Shown here: positions 47,563-59,859 of the stretch, piece after piece
How positions within the stretch are numbered: position 1 is the stretch's first letter
How the letters are laid out: the number at the start of each line of letters is the position of its first letter
Origin: Marsupella aquatica
Lineage: Eukaryota; Plantae; Marchantiophyta
NCBI GenBank assembly: GCA_973895155.1
Contig: OZ316894.1
Span: 15,678,699-15,742,698, forward strand
DNA: 64,000 nt
Direction of reading: 5' to 3'
Position numbers and translations under genes: made by a program
Notes under the pieces: generated by a model
Told to the model about the DNA's origin: nothing
Databases searched by the model: none
The model's input: the letters and a program-made list of their open reading frames with translations, nothing else

Positions 47563-48573
47563 GGATGCTTCCACAAACACACAAGAAACACAAGTACCGA
47601 ACTACCTCCACTCAAAAATTTACCAAAATTGGAAGTTGGCAAATTTGAATTCTGAATGCACCAGCGTAAACAATTTCTTCAAACTGTCTTCAATAAGAAA
47701 GTTATTGGCAAAACTATTTTCTGGGTCGCTCTTGGTTCGACCCTACTTTGGGTCGCCCTTGGAGCGAGGCTCCCTCTGGTCACTCCGGGTCGCCCTTAGA
47801 GCAAGGCTCTTTTGCGTCGCCCTTGGTTTGACCCTACTTAGGGACGCCCTTGGGGCGAGGCTCCTTAGGGTCACTGTCTGAAACCCTGACCTCAATTTAC
47901 TGTTCACTTGTGAGGGGCCCACCTATTGGCCTTATCACAATATAACACGTGCCGCTATGAGCACGGTTGAGGTAGATTCTCAATCCCCAATCTTATCACT
48001 CAAAAATCCGTGCTCAGTTCTTGACCAGCCAAAAGAAAATTGATCTATACAACCGATTGCCAAGATCCAACGATCCCCAATTGACTCAAAAACCGCAACA
48101 TTCGAATGCAAAGATACACAAGAATTGTGGCACTGGTCAAAGCAAAAACTGTCACAAACTTAGCTATCTGCAAATCGGTTTGGTCAAAACAACACCAGCA
48201 CCCTCGCGACAAGGTGCTCAACCATGTAGTTCAACCACAAGCTCTAACAAGAACCCCAATATCATGCAGAAATCCAAGTTGTGACGCTGCGCCCAACTCT
48301 CTATCGCGGAACTAAAACCGTCAGAAAAAACTGCAATCTTAAAGTAGCGATAACTCCCGCAAAATAGCTCCATAGAAGCCAATATTTGGCTCAAAATGTC
48401 CAGAACTCCACAGGCTATTTGTTGAGCAACTTCTTCCCCAGATTCAGTAGCTGATTCAAACGTCACATTGTAAACAAGCTTCCGGTCACCATAATCGAGC
48501 AACCACGACGGAGAAAACCGTCACCCCTTCCGAACAGGTCAAACTGCCCAATCAACCGAACGTCGAACACAAA

Positions 48574-48585
48574 GCTTTGATACCA
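48574..48585 (-). promoter_or_regulatory. Copia PBS (tRNA-iMet)
   Basis: TGGTATCAAAGC, 2 nt inside the 5' LTR boundary (canonical TGGTATCAGAGC). Confidence 0.85.
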
Positions 48586-48587
48586 CT

Positions 48588-48870
48588 TGTTGGAAACCGT
48601 CAGCTCAAACTAGGCAGCAATGCAAAAACATGAGAATGCACACAAGATCTCAAACTACACCTACAAGACACCAATGATGGAGAAACTCTTAAAGGATCCA
48701 TAGCTCATGAGAAAGAACATGTGAAGAATGAGGGAGAGAATGCTCTCCCTCCAACCTATACCCCCCAAGGGGGACAAAGATGTGTGGGCCTAAATAAGTA
48801 AATCTTATCTTAAACTAACCCTAGGAAGGCCAAACTAACTAAAGTTGGGAACTCGAGTCAATTCCTAAGA
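48588..48870 (-). repeat. Copia 5' LTR
   Basis: Direct repeat of 6944-7239 with about a dozen substitutions and two indels. Confidence 0.93.
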
Positions 48871-48875
48871 GGCTC

Positions 48876-50864
48876 AACAAAAATGGACTCCACGTCAACA
48901 AAGGTTCAGCATAGGGCAAATGTATTTTGTGGCACCATCGGCAAGGGAAAGATATTATTTGCGAGCCCTCTTGATTGTTGTTACTAGGGCTCAGAGTTTT
49001 GAAGATCTTCGAATGTTTGAGAATGTGGTGCATCCAATGTTCAAAGAGGATGCCCTCGCGCGTGGATTGTACAAGAATGATGTAGAGTGGGATAGGTGTC
49101 TTAGCAAGGCGGGCCTCATGTAGACCGGCTCGCAGCTTTGACGGTTGTTCATCACCATCCTCATCTTTGGAGGTCCAACACAACCCTGTGACCTGTGGAC
49201 AAGTCACGCTTCAAAGTTGAGTGATGATTGTTGTCATCGCCTTCTAAGCATGGGTATTCTTGAACCCTCAAAAGAACAACAAAGGAGCTTTGCCCTGTAT
49301 TTCATTGGACAGGCATTGCACACTCAAGGGAAGCGTTTGGTGAATTTGGGTTGTCCCTCCCTTCAGAATAGTTTGTGAAGATCTGGCAAACACCAATCAA
49401 TTGATACGGGAGGAGATGTCCTATCGTCAAGAGGATTTGTTACAACAATTGGCTGAGCAGGAGCCTTTGTTGAATGTTGGGCAACGCACTGCTTACACTG
49501 CAATATTGGAGGCGGTTTGGGGTCGTGAGGCTTCCACATTCTTCATAGATGGGCCCGGAGGGATGGGGAAGACCTTTGTGGAGAATGTTCTTCTACGTAT
49601 ATAGGGTGCGGGTTGATGGGGACATAGCGTTGGAAGTGACCTCTTCGGGAATTGCAGGTTTTTTGTTGGATGGAGGTCGCACGACACATTCCAGGTTTAA
49701 GCTTCCTCTCAATCCCAATGCTCAATCACTATGCAACGTCAAGAAGCAAATAGAGCTTGCTGAATTATTGCAAAGGACAACCTTCATTTTGTGGGATCAA
49801 GCACCTATGGTTCATCGGCATGTTGTGGAGGCGCTTGACAGGACACTTTGTGACATAAGAGAAGACAATAGAAAGTTTGGGGGACTGGTGGTTGCATTTG
49901 TAGGGGACTTTTGACAAGTGTTGCCGGTGAAGGCAAGAGCAAGCCGTGCACAGATTGTGGGAGGATGCTTGAAGAAATCTCATATTTGGCACTCTATGAA
50001 AACATTCAAGCTTACGGAGAATATGCATGCGCGCGGTACATCCACGTCAATTGAGTTTGGGAACCAGACTTTCCAAGAATGGCTCCTTCAACTGGGGATG
50101 ATAGATTGCCAAAGCAAGGAGCGTTAAATAACATGATTATGGTCGCGCCATCCATGGTGGAGAACATTGTTGATACCGACTCCTTGATTTGTGCAATTTA
50201 TCCATCGTTGGAGAATATTGATGACAAGTTCCTAAGTGAGAGAACAATATTGGCGCCAACAAACAAGGAGGCGCTAAAGATCAATAGTTCAATATTGGAA
50301 GGGCTTGCAGGAGATGCGCACACCTTCTTAAGTATAGATCGCCTGGATCAATTGGAAGGACGTGACTTTTACCCTACTGAGTTCTTGAATATGCTAACAC
50401 CCAGTGGTTTGCCTCCGCACAAGCTAGTACTCAGGGTTGGATCCCCTGTTATTCTTTTACGTAATGTTGACTTCACTACAGGATTATGTAATGGGACACG
50501 ACTCATACTACGTACAATAAATAGTCGTGTCATAGAGGCACAAGTACTTGCAGGCAAACATGCAGGGAGCATAACGTTCATACCACGTATTCCATTGACG
50601 TCAAATGAGAGACTTCCTTTCATGCTGCAAAGAGTCCAATTCCCGGTTCGAGTGGCATATGCCATGACTATTAATAAGGCACAGGGTCAAACTTTAGAAC
50701 ATGTAGGATTGCAACTTTTTAAGTTGATATTCAATCATGGTCAATTGTATGTTGCCTTTTCAAGAGCAACGTGTCCTACAAGGATTAAAGTCTTACTTCC
50801 AGATAGTGAAGATGGAGAAGCAAAGTTGACCAAAAATGTTGTATATGATGAAGTTCTCTACTAA
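48876..50864 (+). pseudogene. Helitron RepHel C-terminal Pif1 helicase, degraded
   Basis: ERYYLRALL, FIDGPGGMGKTF, GGRTTHSRFKLP, GLCNGTRL, QFPVRVAYAMTINKAQGQT, HGQLYVAFSR. The frame joins TWNKA|QQKW across the Copia. Confidence 0.93.
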
Positions 50865-51037
50865 ATCAATAAAGACCTCATCATGTGTATTCTCTTCAAA
50901 ATATTTTATCAAGTGTGAATGTTATTCTTTCACTTTTGTACTTAACAACATCTTTTACTTCATAACGTCTTTGATTAATGACATATTTTACTTATCGACC
51001 ATATTGTACTTACAACATTGTTATACTCAACCAATTT

Positions 51038-51280
51038 TTTTCTCAACAACGTCTTGGGCGACACGACATCTTTTCTCTCAACAATCTCTTGGGAGACACG
51101 ACATCTTTTCTCTCCACAACCTCTTGGGCGACACAACATCTTTTCTCTCCACCTCTTGGGCGACATGACATCTTTTCTCTCCACAACCTCTTGGCCAACA
51201 CGACATCTTTTCTCTCCAAGACCTCTTGGGCGACACACCATCTTTTTTTCTCAACGACATCTTGGGCGACACGACTTCTT
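51038..51280 (+). repeat. ~34-bp subterminal tandem repeat of the Helitron (about 7 units)
   Basis: CTCCACAACCTCTTGGGCGACACGACATCTTTTCT units directly before the 3' hairpin. Confidence 0.88.
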
Positions 51281-54200
51281 TTGTGCAATGCACGGGTATT
51301 GAGCTAGTATACAATCTTTTTATGTTTAATACATGTTCATATGGTAGCAATCTATTGTTAATTTTTAATGTCTCCTGGACATCCAACTTACATCGGTTCA
51401 AGTACATGAACGTTACAATTAAGCCATGATATATTTTGATGTAATAGTTATAACTCATATGTGTCAATGAGATATGCAATCCAATTTACATCAAACTTAC
51501 ATACAGCCAATATCAACTTAGCATATTAAGCAGTTTGATACAAAATGATTGTCCAATACACTCATAGAATTGATGAAGAAACCATGTACTAATCCAGCTT
51601 ATGTGAAATACACATCCAACTCAGTTTCGTGATGTACTACTGTATTCATTAGCAGGACTTAGTTAGTTAATGAAACTTACACTCATTGTTACATAGAGAG
51701 ATGGGGAGAGGTTAGTCTCCACTTGAGACTTGGTACGGCTGACGGACGTAGAGTTCAGTAAAACTATTTGGTGTGTTCCAATGAACGTAGGCTCTAGTGA
51801 GGTGAACCACATATATCTTGTTTTGACTACTTGTGTTTTTAGTGAATGTTGCACATGTGAATACTATCTATATATTCATCGTAGTGGTTGTTTGCTCAGT
51901 GGAAAGGCCAGGATTGGCTCTTGCTTTTATTTCATTTTGTAAATGACCACATAAATTCTTGGCGGGATAGGTACTATAGTGCTTGATAATAATATGTGAG
52001 CCTTCCCATTTGCCTCCATAATCTTTCTGCTGATTGCATTTTGCACAAGAAGCAATCCTGGCAATTTGATTTCAATGTGTTTTTCCTTCATTGTTGGATT
52101 GAGCCCTAAACCCCTCTTAAACCCTTTGTGCCTTGCCTTTTGTAGCCACCAAATGAGTGCACAAACAACACGGCTGGAATGGCACCATATCTGCAACAAC
52201 CACACCCCCATAACAACCCAATTGAAACAAGTCTTGACTCCCACAACCACAACATAGTGAACATTGCCGCTCTCTCTAATTTAATTTAATTTAATTTAAT
52301 TTAATTCAATTACTATGCTGACACATTGTTCCACCACCAGTTAAGCAAAGTAACTCTGGGTAGTTTGGAATTAACTAAATGAATCAACATCCTATCACCT
52401 TTCATCATTGGATTACTCTCATCATCCTCAAGGTAACCTCAACGTACACCCTCGACCAGGGAGACGGGGGAGGACAGTCAACCAACAGGTTGGATAAGAG
52501 CAAAGTAAGAGACTGAATAGGATGTTGCAATAAGGGTGGAGGTTATGGATGACTATTTAATGGTGAATCAGGAGCTAACCTTGACCATTGGATTATCGCC
52601 AGCAAACTAAAGTTACTTTGCCTAAGTAAAGAAAGAATTCTAAAACAATCAACCAATATGATGAGGTATCCTGCCAAAATCCTTCCTATGGTCATTTTAC
52701 AAACTTGAAAAAGGAGTGAGTAGGACTACGCTTTCCAACACTTTTGGATTGACTGAAAGGGGGTGCCCAAAGAGATACATGTGCTTTAATTTACAAAAGG
52801 GTACAGGCTACATGTGTTTTGTATATTGTAGACCACTACAAAAAGTGTTTTCCTTATAGCATGAGGTGAGTACAAGTAGTATATTTTTCTTGGGGTCTTT
52901 CCTTTTCCTCCTTCCTCCCTTTATTGGGTCTTTTTCCCATAGTGTCTATTGGTTTGGCTCTTTTGTTTTTTGACACTATCATATATCATGAGGATATATC
53001 AAACCTTGTACCCTTTTGTTTTTTAACACTATGAGGGATTTTTGGCCTGTTTCTATGGAGAAGGGGATTTTCTAAAATTGGGGCTAAGTTTGCTTTTTCC
53101 TCCCCATTTTTTCTTCTCTTTTTTAATTGAGTTGAAGAGAAGCAAAGAAGAGAAAGGAAGGGTAAGGGGGAGTGAAAAAATAGGCCAAAAGGTGGAGGGA
53201 GAAAGTAAAAGTGCTCTCCCTCCACATATTATCTTGTTATTGTGCCTTGATCTTGCAAATGGGCCTGTCTTGCTCTTGTCCCTGCCCTCCTGCGCCCTCA
53301 CCCTCCAGTAACAGCACTTTTGCAACCCGAACATTGACTAAATTGACAAAATTTCCCAAACAAAAACACTTAACCAAAAGGACCACTCTTGGACAGTCAC
53401 AACATGACTGTACATAAGCCATACTTGAATGACAACATTTCCCTCCCTCAGTGACTCCCCTGGACTTCTTTGCCTCGCCTCAATAATTATGTCCAAGACG
53501 ACATGGGCATTCTCACACCAAAAACAATATGGCCGCAACTACAATTACATGGACATTGAATTAAATTAAATTATAAAAGTGACAAAATATATTTTGAAAC
53601 AATGAAGAGTGACACTTATAATATGTACATATATATTAAACAAAAACACTAATAAACCTGAATGTCATGGACGGGGAGCCTGAGGGTTCCCGTATTATTG
53701 TTGTGGCAACCTTGAAAAGGTCCTTGGTTGGTGCCTCAATCTCACGTGCTTGAGAGTATGGTCGCGAAGGACGACCAAACACCGAACCCGAGAGGTAACC
53801 CAAAGCCGATCATACCTCACAGTCTCACACGCACAACAGAGCACTGCAGAGTCTTCTTGAATCACGTGGAGATCGCATACCCGGGCAAATGAAGGGCGGT
53901 CTACCATGGCATGATGGCCTTTGAGGAATTTTGTTGGTGCGGGTGATGGGGGCTCACTTTGGCCCGCACCTTTTGTTTACCTCCTTGCTGTGCCCCAGTC
54001 CTGGCCCTTCAGGTACCCTTGCCCTGTTGATGCTTCCGCTGTGATGACTGGACTGTCTGACTAAATTCTTCCAGCTATGCGTTGTTGCAGTCGTGGATTG
54101 TTGATCGAGTGAAGGTTGATCGGTCAATGCCCTGTTACGTGCTGCCCTTTTTTCTGGCCCGTCATTCGCATTGTTGCATTAGTCGATCCGGGCTTGCAAA

Positions 54201-54447
54201 TTGCTGTCGTTTTCGGCACTCGTCTCGTGCACTTCCTGACGTTCGGGCTCCTCTCCGCCACAACACCCCCTTCTGCTCTTTAGCAGCAGCAGATTTGTGC
54301 TCGCGTGAATAACTCAGACGAGAAAGAGAGAGCACCCGGCGGTTTTATAGACGTGGAGGAATTGAGCGAAGTGGGCGAGAAAGGGAAGAGGTATAATCGT
54401 CGCGGAAAATCTGTCTATTAAGCGGGAGAGTTTTGGAAGCAAGTGAG

Positions 54448-57400
54448 ATGAATTCGATGGCAGCAGGAGAGCGGGCGTTTGGGGCGACGATCCTCTCAAC
54501 CAGTCCGTTGTTGGAGGGCGAGGGACTTCGTGTTCGCCGATGCGACCATATGCGTCTTGCCACCGTTGCCAAGACTCCTGCGAAAGCTCCGGCACAAAAA
54601 CTTGGTAGGAGCTCGTCTCGTCTCGCTAGATGCAGCGAACCTCATTTTGATCCAGGCCGTGGTCTGGATGTGTTCGTCTTGAGCTGTCGTCCAATGTGAT
54701 TCTGGATGTCGCTTTGCCAGTCTTTGCTCCGCACGATTGCCTAGCGCCATTTGTCGTCGGAGTTGTGTTTATCGTGCTACCATAGATTTGGGGCTAGTCG
54801 ACCTTTATGAGCTCTTCATCTTTGCATGGAATGCAACCTTTTCTCTAAGGCATGATGGATCTCTTGTCGCATTGGGCCAACTGTTGACGCTGTCGAACCT
54901 TCAGGGCCAGGGTGTCCATCTCATCTAGAAAACACCTGGATATCTCGAAATGCTTCTCGGCGGCATCCCCTTCCGTCCATTCCCTTTGTCTTAGTTCCTC
55001 CGTTGATGTTGTTCACCGTTGTCATTTCAGAGGTGCGTGCCGGGGTAGGAAACACATTTGGAAACGTCTTTCGGGTGACCACGTACGGAGAATCTCATGG
55101 TGGAGGCGTCGGCTGTATCATTGATGGATGTCCCCCAAGATTGCCTCTTACCGAAGTGGACATGCAATTCGAACTCGACAGGAGGTGGACGCCGCAAAAA
55201 ATGCACCGATCATTTTCTCTTTGTCTTCGCATTAGTTTGCATACCGCATATTTGACTATCTTTCTTCACATTTTCTCGGCAAGCTGCTGGGTTTAGTTGT
55301 TTATCCTGGATAACACTGTCCCTCCTGTGTCTGAATGGATCTCATTGATGGGATTCGTGGATGAGACTTGCTAGCCCAGGGACAGTTTCACTCGGAATCA
55401 TGCATATTGAGCAAGGTCTGAAGTGGACGTGATCGTCAGGACCGACAGACCATAAATGATTTTCGATTTGTGAATTACTATTCAGGGTTTCTTTTATTTA
55501 GTGGATACTTTCTGTGGGTACTCAGGCGACCAGGGCAAAGCAGGATTACGACTCCGCGCAAGGAAACTGATACCTGCAAAATTATCTCGGGGGTCGCCGA
55601 TGGTCAGTATTGTTTGGCTCCATATATCTTCTTAGCTAGTCCTTCGGGCTCTATCTTTGGGAAATATTATGGCTGAAGTACTCTTTGTGTGGAGCTCAAC
55701 CATGTTCGACGCACGGATTCCCATCTCTTGGGATCTTTCCAATTGTGCCACCTTCTGACATCTTCTCTCCGTCCTCACACACAGGCCTCACCTTGGGAAC
55801 CCCAATAGCTGTCGCCGTTCCAAATACAGATCAGCGAGGAGGGGTGAGTCAAGAATTTGTCTCGCTCTACTTTCACCTTCAGGAGAGAGAAATGCGCATC
55901 GAAGGTGGATCTTTTCAAGTGAACTCTGAGGGCGAGTTGCTCTACTGATTTCGCGTTTGTAACTGTTTTGACAGGATTATGCAGAGATGTCTCTTGCCTA
56001 TCGACCTTCTCATGCGGATGCCACTTATGACTTTAAGTACGGTGTTCGAGCGGTTCAGGTAAGGACAAGAGTGTTTATCAGAGGAAACCCCAGACTGGCC
56101 TCACGACAGAATTGACGCGCCTTGGTGCTAATGCTAATCTGCTCTCTGAATCTTCAGGGCGGGGGAAGATCTTCAGCCAGAGAAACAATTGGTCGCGTTG
56201 CAGCTGGTGCAGTAGCTAAGAAGTTGCTAGAACAGCACACTGGCACCACGGTATGTGTTGCTTTAGTTCCCTCCTGTCTGAATTTCACCCCCTTTTGGTA
56301 ATTGACGTTGGGAACGCGTGTGGAATCAGAAGCTGCAATTGGGAAAATTTCAGTCTGTGTTCAGTGTATTAGATAAAAGTATCAAGGGACACGCTGGACA
56401 TTGTTGAAATATGGAATTTCCTCATTTGCTGCCGTGTTCTCCTTGCGTCCTGCTGATCCCTTCAGATTTTCCTGGAAGGAGGATATCCTCACTGAATCTA
56501 AATGTGATTTCCTTGCAGGTCTTGGCATATGTTTCTAGAGTGCATGGAGTGGAACTGCTAGAAGGAGTAGTTGACCACGACTCATTAACCATGGAGAAGG
56601 TTTGGAAACAATCATGACTATGTTCCTCGTGTGATTGCAGCATGCCCTAGATTTCATCTTAATACGATCATGGCTGGCTATTGGCAGATTGAAAGCAATA
56701 TTGTGCGATGTCCTGACTCTAAAGTCGCGGAGAAGATGATCGAGGCTATTGATGCTGTAAGAGTCAGAGGTGATTCGGTTGGTGGTGTGGTGACTTGCGT
56801 TGCCCGCAATGTTCCTAAGGTGTGCATTCTTCAGTTCATCAATGCGTCAGTGATGCCGAAGTACATTTTCAGCTTGGTTGAGGAAAATGATCGGCACGTA
56901 AATGATTTGTGACGTGTGTCCTCTGCTTAGGCATGTTTCACTTGCTGAAAAGAATCCAGATGTGTAGGTTCTTGTCACGAAACCTGCAAATGCTGAAACT
57001 CCTTGTTTATGAAAATACCAGGGACTAGGTTCACCGGTGTTTGACAAGCTTGAGGCAGAGCTGGCGAAGGCAGTTATGTCACTGCCAGCAACAAAAGGTT
57101 TTGAGATTGGCAGTGGGTTTGCTGGTAAAGCAGTCAGCGACCTCCAGTAACTTTACTTCGGCTTTGAATTACTGTACTTGTGTTGCATCACCTGCAATGT
57201 ACCACCGAGCTTCAAAAAATTTACATGGTCTCTAAAGACAAAAGGGTTGGAAATTAGAACTCTTTCACGAACCGTCTTTCCTTGGATTTCAGGTTCCCTT
57301 ATGACTGGAAGTGAGCATAACGATGAGTTTTACATTGATGAGAACGGAAGTGTACGCACTCGCACGAACAGATCCGGAGGCATACAGGTATTTTTATACT

Positions 57401-58144
57401 GACTGCTTTAGGTTTGGGCAGTGCTCGCAACACCTATAGTAATGTGCACAAGACGATCCATTCTGCCATGCTGGGTATCTATTTTATTGTTATTAATAGT
57501 TTGTACATTAACGCTAACTGCCTACTCATTGGGCAGGGTGGAATATCTAATGGAGAAACCATTGTCATGAGGATTGCTTTCAAACCTACCTCTACAATCA
57601 CGGTTAGTGATTTCTTGCCATGAGATTTCTGCCATGAATAGAAAGAGATTCGAGTTCTTGTTTACGGAGCATTTATCCAAGCATGTTGAATTCCCTAGAG
57701 AGTGCTTTTGCGGAACTTTGCTACTTTGGTGTTAATTAGCGTGTGTTTGTCGCACAGAGTAAACAAAGGACAGTCACGCGAGACAAGCAGGAAACAGAGC
57801 TACGGGCCCGTGGTCGTCATGACCCGTGTGTTGTTCCTCGAGGTACTCGAAAAGTTTTGCCGCTCGAGCTTTTTCATTTGACGTACATAGCCAACTTATT
57901 CTGTTCCACTTTTTGAAGACAGATGGGTTGATTTCCAGCATTTGAACTCACCCAACTGGTGGTCTGGTCCACTGCAGCGGTACCTATGGTGGAAGCTATG
58001 GTAGCTCTAGTTCTTGCAGACCACGTGTTGCAGCACTATGCCCAATGTCAACTCTTCCCAGAGGATCCAGTTTTACAAGGAGCCTCCTTGCTCAAACGGG
58101 CACCTTCCCCGATGGAAGAAGCTGCTGCATACAGTGAACATTGA
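54448..58144 (+). CDS. aroC: Chorismate synthase, plastid-targeted, 13 exons
   Basis: Exons ~54448-54604, 55031-55184, 55526-55602, 55785-55843, 55975-56058, 56158-56250, 56519-56599, 56688-56819, 57022-57124, 57293-57387, 57537-57602, 57758-57842, 57978-58144, all GT-AG. Motifs [59 protein letters not shown]. Start may be 54457. Confidence 0.95.
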
Positions 58145-59184
58145 CTCATCTACCTACGCATCTCAAATCTAAACACAGGGCATGTGATGTTCTGAGCTGG
58201 TGGTGCTGGTGCTTGGGATGGAAGTAGTGTGCTTAGTATCGATTTTTCCTACAGGATCCATTTAAAGTTTGCGAGTCTGCTCCATCCTCCAATTTGAGAA
58301 GAAGTTTTAAACAGGAAAATTTAAACCTACTGTCGTACGATAGCTCAAATTTAGACTGCAATTGTGGTGCTTTCTTTCTTTCGTGCCCAGAAGTGGAGAT
58401 GGATGATAGACTGCACCTCATAAGGTGCTTCAGTAATAGGGGTTAGAGTATACAGTTCCTTGGTGGAAGACTTCGCCATCGAACTCCGCTTACAGAGATA
58501 CCCTCTTTGTAAATTCTTAGATTTCCTTCTGTGTCTGATTTTCGTGTCTGGGTAGCTGCAATTAATTCACAGGTGCACAAATAGCGCAAGTGAACCGGTC
58601 TAAGAATATCGCAGTGTGCGGCCTAGACTACCAAGCAGAATGCTATATTATGTATTATATGATATGATATGATGATGATTGATGATTGATTGAATAACTT
58701 GAATGCTCGATCTAAACATTGAAGCGCGCTGTGTTGACGGTCAGGATCAATAAGGAGTTCTGGAACGATCCTCTTGATAGATGTTTTATCTAAATAATCA
58801 ATAACCTTGTTCTGTTGACATCTATCTATCGGACTTCTGCCAAAGATTGGTGTCGGAACTCGTGATGTGACTGTAAAAAAGACGAAGCCGGCCCCACACA
58901 TGATTGCAGATCAGAGAAAAGCAATTTGGAATTAAACTTCTTTAAGAATAGATACAACCAGATTGATGACTTAAAGATTGAATCAGATAAAAGAAATAGG
59001 AAACTTAGTCAAGAACAGATTGATGAGAATATAGAAATCAATTTAAGAGGTTGAAAATTTACTTTAAAAAATAATGTTTAGATTCAGATTGATGAGAACA
59101 TATCATAATGCTTGGTGATACTGCGCACAAATACGCGGCATCCAATTTCCGAGGAGTGTCCTCACACTATGCAGCAACCAGAAT

Positions 59185-59515
59185 GATTTTCCAACGAAAC
59201 CCTTAAGTAGACGTCTCGTTGTATTTTTGAGAAAGAAGTGGCAAACTGGTCCAATGAGACTAGAATGCAATTTCCTCTACCCGTATATACAGATCCCTCT
59301 GTTTTTGCAAGCGACGTGTCAAAGTGGCCTAGTGAAACAAGAATACAATTTCCACTACCCTTAAATCCACGTCTCTTTGTGCTTTTGCAAGAAGTGGCAA
59401 ACTGGCCTAGTGAAACAAGAATACAATTTCCAATACCCTTAAATACACGTCGCTTTGTATTTTTGCATGCGAAGTGCCAAGCTGGCCCAGTGAGACAAGA
59501 AAACAATTTCCACTA
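59185..59515. repeat. 78-bp tandem repeat (about 4 units)
   Basis: GTGGCAAACTGGCCTAGTGAAACAAGAATACAATTTCC recurs at 78-nt spacing between the two convergent genes. Confidence 0.8.
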
Positions 59516-59859
59516 CCATCACGTAGTGATCAAAAACATTATTCTTTAACGTGCATATACCTGGGTTTTCAGTTCTTGCACGGTGCCTCCAAGCACTGCA
59601 GTAAAGAATGAATTCCAGTACAACATCATGCAGTCTGGTGCGTCCATGCTCACTAATTTAAGAAAAACCTGAATTTGTAAATGTCCAAGGAACACAACCA
59701 TATAGTTGCAGACAGGACTAGGCCCCTCTACACGGGCCAAAGTGGGAGATGTCAAGACGTCGTTCTTGCTCTGCTTAACCCTTCAATTCAAATTTCCCTA
59801 CACTCAGCTGGCCAATGTCTAGGTAGGCTGAGGTCCAGGAAACTGCCAGCCTAAAGTGA

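Larger units (their letters stand above)
6944..48870 (-). mobile_element. Ty1/Copia LTR retrotransposon (~5.6 kb net), interrupted by the MULE
   Basis: LTRs 6944-7239 and 48588-48870. 5-bp TSD GGCTC (6939-6943, 48871-48875). tRNA-iMet-type PBS and PPT present. Order gag-PR-INT-RT-RH on the minus strand. Confidence 0.95.
4370..51307 (+). mobile_element. Helitron (5' end not located), interrupted by the Copia element
   Basis: Rep and Pif1 helicase remnants either side of the Copia insertion. 3' hairpin (TT)GTGCA-A-TGCAC(GG) at 51281-51295, then CTAG at 51304-51307 followed by T. Confidence 0.88.

Noticed and set aside
50836-51479. Overlapping repetitive ORFs; likewise 62861-63780
   Set aside because: Translations of Helitron subterminal tandem repeats.
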